Origin: Sulfurimonas sp.
Lineage (GTDB): Bacteria > Campylobacterota > Campylobacteria > Campylobacterales > Sulfurimonadaceae
Direction: 5' to 3'
Assembly (NCBI GenBank): GCA_021161305.1
Contig: JAGHAW010000188.1
Coordinates: 1-32,771, forward strand
DNA length: 32,771 nucleotides
Positions 28,532 through 32,771 of this stretch are shown here, piece by piece. Both the position numbers and the translations under genes were made by a program. The first letter of the stretch is position 1; the number at the start of each line of letters is the position of its first letter. A model generated the notes under the pieces. That model was not told where the DNA came from. It worked only from the letters and a program-made list of their open reading frames with translations, and did no database searches.

Positions 28532-28885
28532 AATGCACGGAATATTGCCTGAATTTTTATTTTTATAAAATTTATCTAATTCGTTATTAACTTCTTGGGT
28601 AAATGTTTTAACACTTTGGTTTAGTCTGTTTTGGGCTGAATCGACAAGTTTTTGTTGAGTTTGCTCAACTTCTTTAAACTGATTCATAGTCTTTATAAAA
28701 AACTCTTTATCGTCTGTAAGCAGAACTATATCTTCTTTTGCAATCCATTTTCTTTGAGCCTTACCATCTTTGTTAAACTCAAAAATCACACTGTCACTAT
28801 TTTTTGAGGCTATATACTTAGGCACTTGAAAACCCATAAAACATTTGAGAGGATGGGTTAAATCTCTTTTAATTACATAATACAT
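28517..28885 (-). CDS. Hypothetical protein with a C-terminal coiled coil; possibly leaderless
   Basis: 122-aa ORF; TATAAT at -12..-7 relative to the ATG; no SD sequence. Confidence 0.7.
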   Translation of the reverse strand: MYYVIKRDLTHPLKCFMGFQVPKYIASKNSDSVIFEFNKDGKAQRKWIAKEDIVLLTDDKEFFIKTMNQFKEVEQTQQKLVDSAQNRLNQSVKTFTQEVNNELDKFYKNKNSGNIPCILNSL

Positions 28886-28908
28886 TTTAGAATTATATAG
28901 TAATTTTT

Positions 28909-28929
28909 ATAAGTAATAAGTAATAAGTA
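28909..28929. repeat. Tandem heptamer (ATAAGTA)x3
   Basis: Read directly from the intergenic region upstream of the peroxidase. Confidence 0.75.
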
Positions 28930-28946
28930 AAGATACTATTTGTTAG

Positions 28947-28963
28947 AAGATAATTAATATCTT
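28947..28963. promoter_or_regulatory. Fur/PerR-like palindrome upstream of the peroxidase
   Basis: AAGATA-ATTAA-TATCTT, containing GATAAT-T-AATATC; TATAAT follows at 28980-28985. Confidence 0.45.
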
Positions 28964-29011
28964 TTAAGCTTCTAGTAGATATAATTCTTTTATCAATAAA
29001 AAGGCAGAAGA

Positions 29012-30025
29012 ATGAAAACTTTAATCTGTGTAGCATTAGCTACAGCGACGCTTAGTGCAGCAAGTTTGGTAGAGACAGCAAAAGAAGCAGGTCTTAAACC
29101 TATCCCTAGTTCAAAAGTTGAACTTATGAAACTAATCGACAATCCAAAGAACCATATTACTGATGAAAAAGTAGAACTTGGTAAAAAACTATATTTTGAT
29201 CCAAGACTATCAAAAAGTGGTCTTATTAGTTGTAATACATGCCATAACTTGGCTGAAGGTGGAGATGATGGTGTAGGTGCAGCGATAGGTCATAAGTGGA
29301 CAGCTAATCCTCATCACTTAAACTCACCGACTGTTTACAATGCAGTCTTTTTTGATGCTCAGTTTTGGGATGGTAGAGATCCAGACTTAGAAGCTCAAGC
29401 ACAGGGTCCTATGCAAGCTGCTCCAGAGATGTCAGCTACAAAAGAACATGTTCAAACAGTAGTAACATCAATGCCTCCATATGTAGCAGAGTTTAAAAAA
29501 GCTTATGGAAAAGATGTAAAGATAACTTTTGAAAAAATCGCTGATACTATCGGTCTGTTTGAGAGAACTTTAGTCACTCCATCTGTTTTTGATGACTACT
29601 TAAATGGCGATGATAAAGCTATGACTTCTGCTCAAAAAGAGGGTCTTAAAACTTTTATAGATAAAGGTTGTGCATCTTGTCATAATGGTATAGCTCTTGG
29701 TCAAAGCATGAACGCTTTTAATATTACAGGAACATATAAGTACCAAAATGTAGGTGACTTTAAAGGTGATGCAAACGGTATGGTAAAAGTATCAACTCTT
29801 AGAAATGTTACTCAAACTGCACCATATTTTCATAATGGTAAAATTTGGAGTCTAAAAGAGGCTATTGTTGAGATGGGTCGTATCCAACTTGGATCTAAAA
29901 TCACAGATAAAGAAGCTGCTTCTATAGAAGAGTTCTTAAAAGCACTTGATGGCAGAAAAACAGATATAATTGTTCCACAGCTTCCAGTTTCTACAGATAA
30001 AACTCCAAAACCAGATTTAAACTAA
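29012..30025 (+). CDS. Di-haem cytochrome c peroxidase
   Basis: Signal peptide; LGKKLYFDPRLS, CNTCH, NSPTVYN, QFWDGR, CASCH, LRNVTQTAPYFHNG. Confidence 0.96.
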   Translation: MKTLICVALATATLSAASLVETAKEAGLKPIPSSKVELMKLIDNPKNHITDEKVELGKKLYFDPRLSKSGLISCNTCHNLAEGGDDGVGAAIGHKWTANPHHLNSPTVYNAVFFDAQFWDGRDPDLEAQAQGPMQAAPEMSATKEHVQTVVTSMPPYVAEFKKAYGKDVKITFEKIADTIGLFERTLVTPSVFDDYLNGDDKAMTSAQKEGLKTFIDKGCASCHNGIALGQSMNAFNITGTYKYQNVGDFKGDANGMVKVSTLRNVTQTAPYFHNGKIWSLKEAIVEMGRIQLGSKITDKEAASIEEFLKALDGRKTDIIVPQLPVSTDKTPKPDLN

Positions 30026-30034
30026 AAGATTTAG

Positions 30035-30385
30035 CTATTTTAAAATAGCTGGGTCTTTTTCACTTATAACACCATCTGGTGTTGTAAGCAGTAGTTCTAT
30101 TTCACAACTCAAATACTCCGAAGTTGTTAGTGGAGTAAAGTTTTTATCTTCAAAAGCTGATTTTTTAGCATTTCTTACTATATCTTCAAGCAGAGAGTCT
30201 GAAGCAGATATAGTTTTAGATGAACCTCTTAGTTCATTGTTTATATAAAGATTTACCGTTGTTACAATTTTTTCATTTAAAAGCGGATGTTGGTTTAAAA
30301 GAGCATTTTTGTCTATGGTTCTTTGTGCCTCAAAAACTTCAGCAATGGAATCACGAGCAAGTTGCAGTAAAACAGAACGAGACAT
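30035..30385 (-). CDS. Short AMMECR1-domain protein
   Basis: 'LLQLARDSI', 'ELRG', 'NAKKSAFEDKNFTPLT..E...EIELL'; GGAG RBS. Confidence 0.75.
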   Translation of the reverse strand: MSRSVLLQLARDSIAEVFEAQRTIDKNALLNQHPLLNEKIVTTVNLYINNELRGSSKTISASDSLLEDIVRNAKKSAFEDKNFTPLTTSEYLSCEIELLLTTPDGVISEKDPAILK

Positions 30386-30410
30386 CTATAACTCCTTTTC
30401 GATTTACTTA

Positions 30411-31580
30411 TTATACCAAAGTTTCTTTTTTTTCTTTTTTCAGCTTATAGTTGTTTATAAGTTTTATGGTAATCATCACACTGATAACCTGAATAAGTGC
30501 AGCCAAAATAAAAGCGTAGTAGTGAAGCGTGTCGATAGAGTTTGCACTAAAGGCGAGTGTTGCCATTGCGATAAGTAGCGTCAGAGGCATAGAGTGACTA
30601 AGCCCCATCAGGATAGAGTCTATAACCCCTAGTGTTTTTATAAAAACAAGAGAGGCAACTACTCTCATAACTATCATGACCATAGCTATTAAAAAAGCTT
30701 TATATATCAGACCATCCATTGAGAGGGCATTTAGATCAAATGAACTTCCAATATGAATAAAAAATATAGGGATTAAAAAACCGAATCCGTAAGATGCCAA
30801 TTTTTCTGGCAGTTCATGTTTATGCTCAAAAAATGTAGGTATAAAGATACCAGCTAAAAATGCTCCAAAGGCAAGTTCAAGTTCTAAGTAGAGCATTGCT
30901 CCAACAAGTAGAAAAAAGATACCCATCGAGAGTCTTATATCTTGTTCTTTGTTGTCTTCGTGTGGCATAAGAAGAAGTGAAACTTTTGGAAACCACCAAA
31001 ATAGTAGTTGGATAGCCCTAAAAAGAAGAAGCATGAAAACTAAAAATAACATAAGAGCAAAGATGGTTTTTAGCAGATTTAGACCAAAGCCTGAACTAAG
31101 TGCTGCTGATGTAAGTGTTAAAAAGCCGATACTTACAACTTCTCCAATACCACCAGCTGTCATAGAAATCTCAAGCCATGGAGTTTTTCCATACTCTTTT
31201 GCCAGAGCTGCCACAAGACCAACGGAGATAAGAGGTAGAAGTACCATAAAGATTTTCCCAAGTTCAAAATAGAGAGAAAAACTAATGGAACACATATATA
31301 AAAAGATTAGGTAAAATACAACTCGTTTCATCAATGTTTTTGGAGTTTTAAGAACTTTTTTGAGGTTAATCTCAGTTCCTGCGATAAACATCAAGTAGAG
31401 AAAACCAAGTTCTGCAACTATTCCAAAAAGATGTTCTTCATGTAAAAAACCGATATATCCAAGAATAGAACCCAAGATAATCTCTATGGGGGTAGTAGGC
31501 AGTTTTAGTAGTTTTGCAAAAAATGGGGAAAATATAATGATAAGAGAGATTGTAATGATTAAAACAACATTATCACTCAT
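30411..31580 (-). CDS. Cation:proton antiporter (CPA2, Na+/H+ type)
   Basis: Many TM helices; 'EIILGSILG', 'ELGFLYLMFIAGTEI', 'FGAFLAG', 'FLIPIFFIHIG'. Confidence 0.9.
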   Translation of the reverse strand: MSDNVVLIITISLIIIFSPFFAKLLKLPTTPIEIILGSILGYIGFLHEEHLFGIVAELGFLYLMFIAGTEINLKKVLKTPKTLMKRVVFYLIFLYMCSISFSLYFELGKIFMVLLPLISVGLVAALAKEYGKTPWLEISMTAGGIGEVVSIGFLTLTSAALSSGFGLNLLKTIFALMLFLVFMLLLFRAIQLLFWWFPKVSLLLMPHEDNKEQDIRLSMGIFFLLVGAMLYLELELAFGAFLAGIFIPTFFEHKHELPEKLASYGFGFLIPIFFIHIGSSFDLNALSMDGLIYKAFLIAMVMIVMRVVASLVFIKTLGVIDSILMGLSHSMPLTLLIAMATLAFSANSIDTLHYYAFILAALIQVISVMITIKLINNYKLKKEKKETLV

Positions 31581-31589
31581 GTGAATTTC

Positions 31590-32438
31590 CTAGTTTTTTA
31601 CTTGTTTTGCTACTGTTAGATTTAGAGATTGTAGCATATCTAAATCTTTACTCATAACTCTACCTTTTGTTGTCAGGTAATTTCCTATGACTATGGAGTT
31701 TGCTCCGTAAGAAAAAATCTCGCTCTGTCTATCTCCAAACATCAACTCTCTTCCACCTGCAACCATAATCCTCTGGGCATTTGGCAATCTCTCTCTTGTT
31801 AGTTTTATTAGTTTTAATGCTTCATCTGCAGTAAGAGGATTTGGTTCTAATTCCAGTGCTTCATTATGATGATAGAAGTTGATTGGTACTGATGCAGGAT
31901 TTAGAGATGAGATAGAGTTTAGCATAGAGATTCTATCTTCTTGAGATTCTCCAAGTCCAAAAATCCCACCGGTTAAAAGAGAGAGTCCAGCTTCATTTAC
32001 ATTTTGGCAAGTCTTATATCTTTGGCTCCATGGATGTGTTGTACAGATTTGAGGGTAAAAAGCTTCTGATGTTTCCAAGTTGTGATTATATGCTTTTATA
32101 CCAGAAGCTTTTAAAGTTAGAAGTTGCTCAAGTGTTGCCGTACCGTTACACGCTATAAGTCTAAGTTGTGGAACTTCTTTTGTTAAAATCTCTGCAATAG
32201 AACAGACAAAGTTAAGAATTTTCTCATCAATTCCTTTGTTGGATGTTACCAAACAAAAACCCAAAGCACCGCTCTCTTTTGCTGCAATAGCCTCTTTTAA
32301 AATCTCATCCATAGGTTTTTGTTTATATCGCTCTATATCAGCCTTATATCTTACGCTTTGAGAACAAAATTTACAATCTTCATTACATGTTCCACTGTTT
32401 ATATTACAGATAGAACATAAAAAAATCTCTTTATTCAT
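31590..32438 (-). CDS. bioB: Biotin synthase (radical SAM)
   Basis: SGTCNEDCKFCSQS, YNHNLETS, GGIFGLGES, SVPINF, AGGRE, GNYLTTKG. Confidence 0.96.
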   Translation of the reverse strand: MNKEIFLCSICNINSGTCNEDCKFCSQSVRYKADIERYKQKPMDEILKEAIAAKESGALGFCLVTSNKGIDEKILNFVCSIAEILTKEVPQLRLIACNGTATLEQLLTLKASGIKAYNHNLETSEAFYPQICTTHPWSQRYKTCQNVNEAGLSLLTGGIFGLGESQEDRISMLNSISSLNPASVPINFYHHNEALELEPNPLTADEALKLIKLTRERLPNAQRIMVAGGRELMFGDRQSEIFSYGANSIVIGNYLTTKGRVMSKDLDMLQSLNLTVAKQVKN

Positions 32439-32771
32439 CTATTTTTCTCTTTTGTATTGAAATTTTTTGCTCTTAAATTTAGTTTCGTCTTCTTTTTTTG
32501 TGTAGTGGGTAACTAAAAATTTATTTTCTAAAACTTCTAGCATTGCACACTCAGATATAGGTTTTTTTCTGGCACAAATCTCACCGGAGTTTAAAAATAG
32601 TGTACCATTTTGAAGCTCACAATCAAAATAGTGCGTATGTCCGTAGATAAGTACATCTGCATCCGGTGCCATATAAAATGGCTGGTGCATTAGTTTAAAT
32701 TTTAACCCTGCAAGTTTAAAGTAGTAAGGCTCTTGAACAAGATTGTACTCATCATGATGCTCCATTAGGTG
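32439..32771 (-). CDS. YfcE-family metallophosphoesterase, 5'-truncated by the window edge
   Basis: LMH, IYGHTH, FLNSGE; the frame stays open to the window end. Confidence 0.85.
   Translation of the reverse strand, partial: HLMEHHDEYNLVQEPYYFKLAGLKFKLMHQPFYMAPDADVLIYGHTHYFDCELQNGTLFLNSGEICARKKPISECAMLEVLENKFLVTHYTKKEDETKFKSKKFQYKREK

Overview
AT-rich bacterial chromosome window. Gene content and synteny (ccoG, lapB-like-rnhA-rnc-aroC, HP0495-like/moaC/mobA, CadF-like OmpA, nifS-nifU, gltX, SurA-like) point to Campylobacterota, most likely Sulfurimonas-like; this is an inference. About 35 mostly housekeeping CDS, two of them cut by the window edges. No rRNA, tRNA, CRISPR array or intact transposase was seen. 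The most unusual signals are non-coding. (1) A 269-bp element between rnhA and rnc has 33-bp terminal inverted repeats enclosing two long hairpin arms. The arms carry the same structural motif on opposite strands with fully compensatory stem changes, and the element overlaps the RNase III ribosome-binding site. (2) A REP doublet and a chain of short palindromes fill the nifS-nifU spacer. (3) A GGDEF gene relic lies upstream of leuC. Coding oddities are two stand-alone cNMP-type GAF genes between pyrimidine-metabolism genes, a TonB-type receptor paired with a small secreted protein, and a half-length AMMECR1-like protein.
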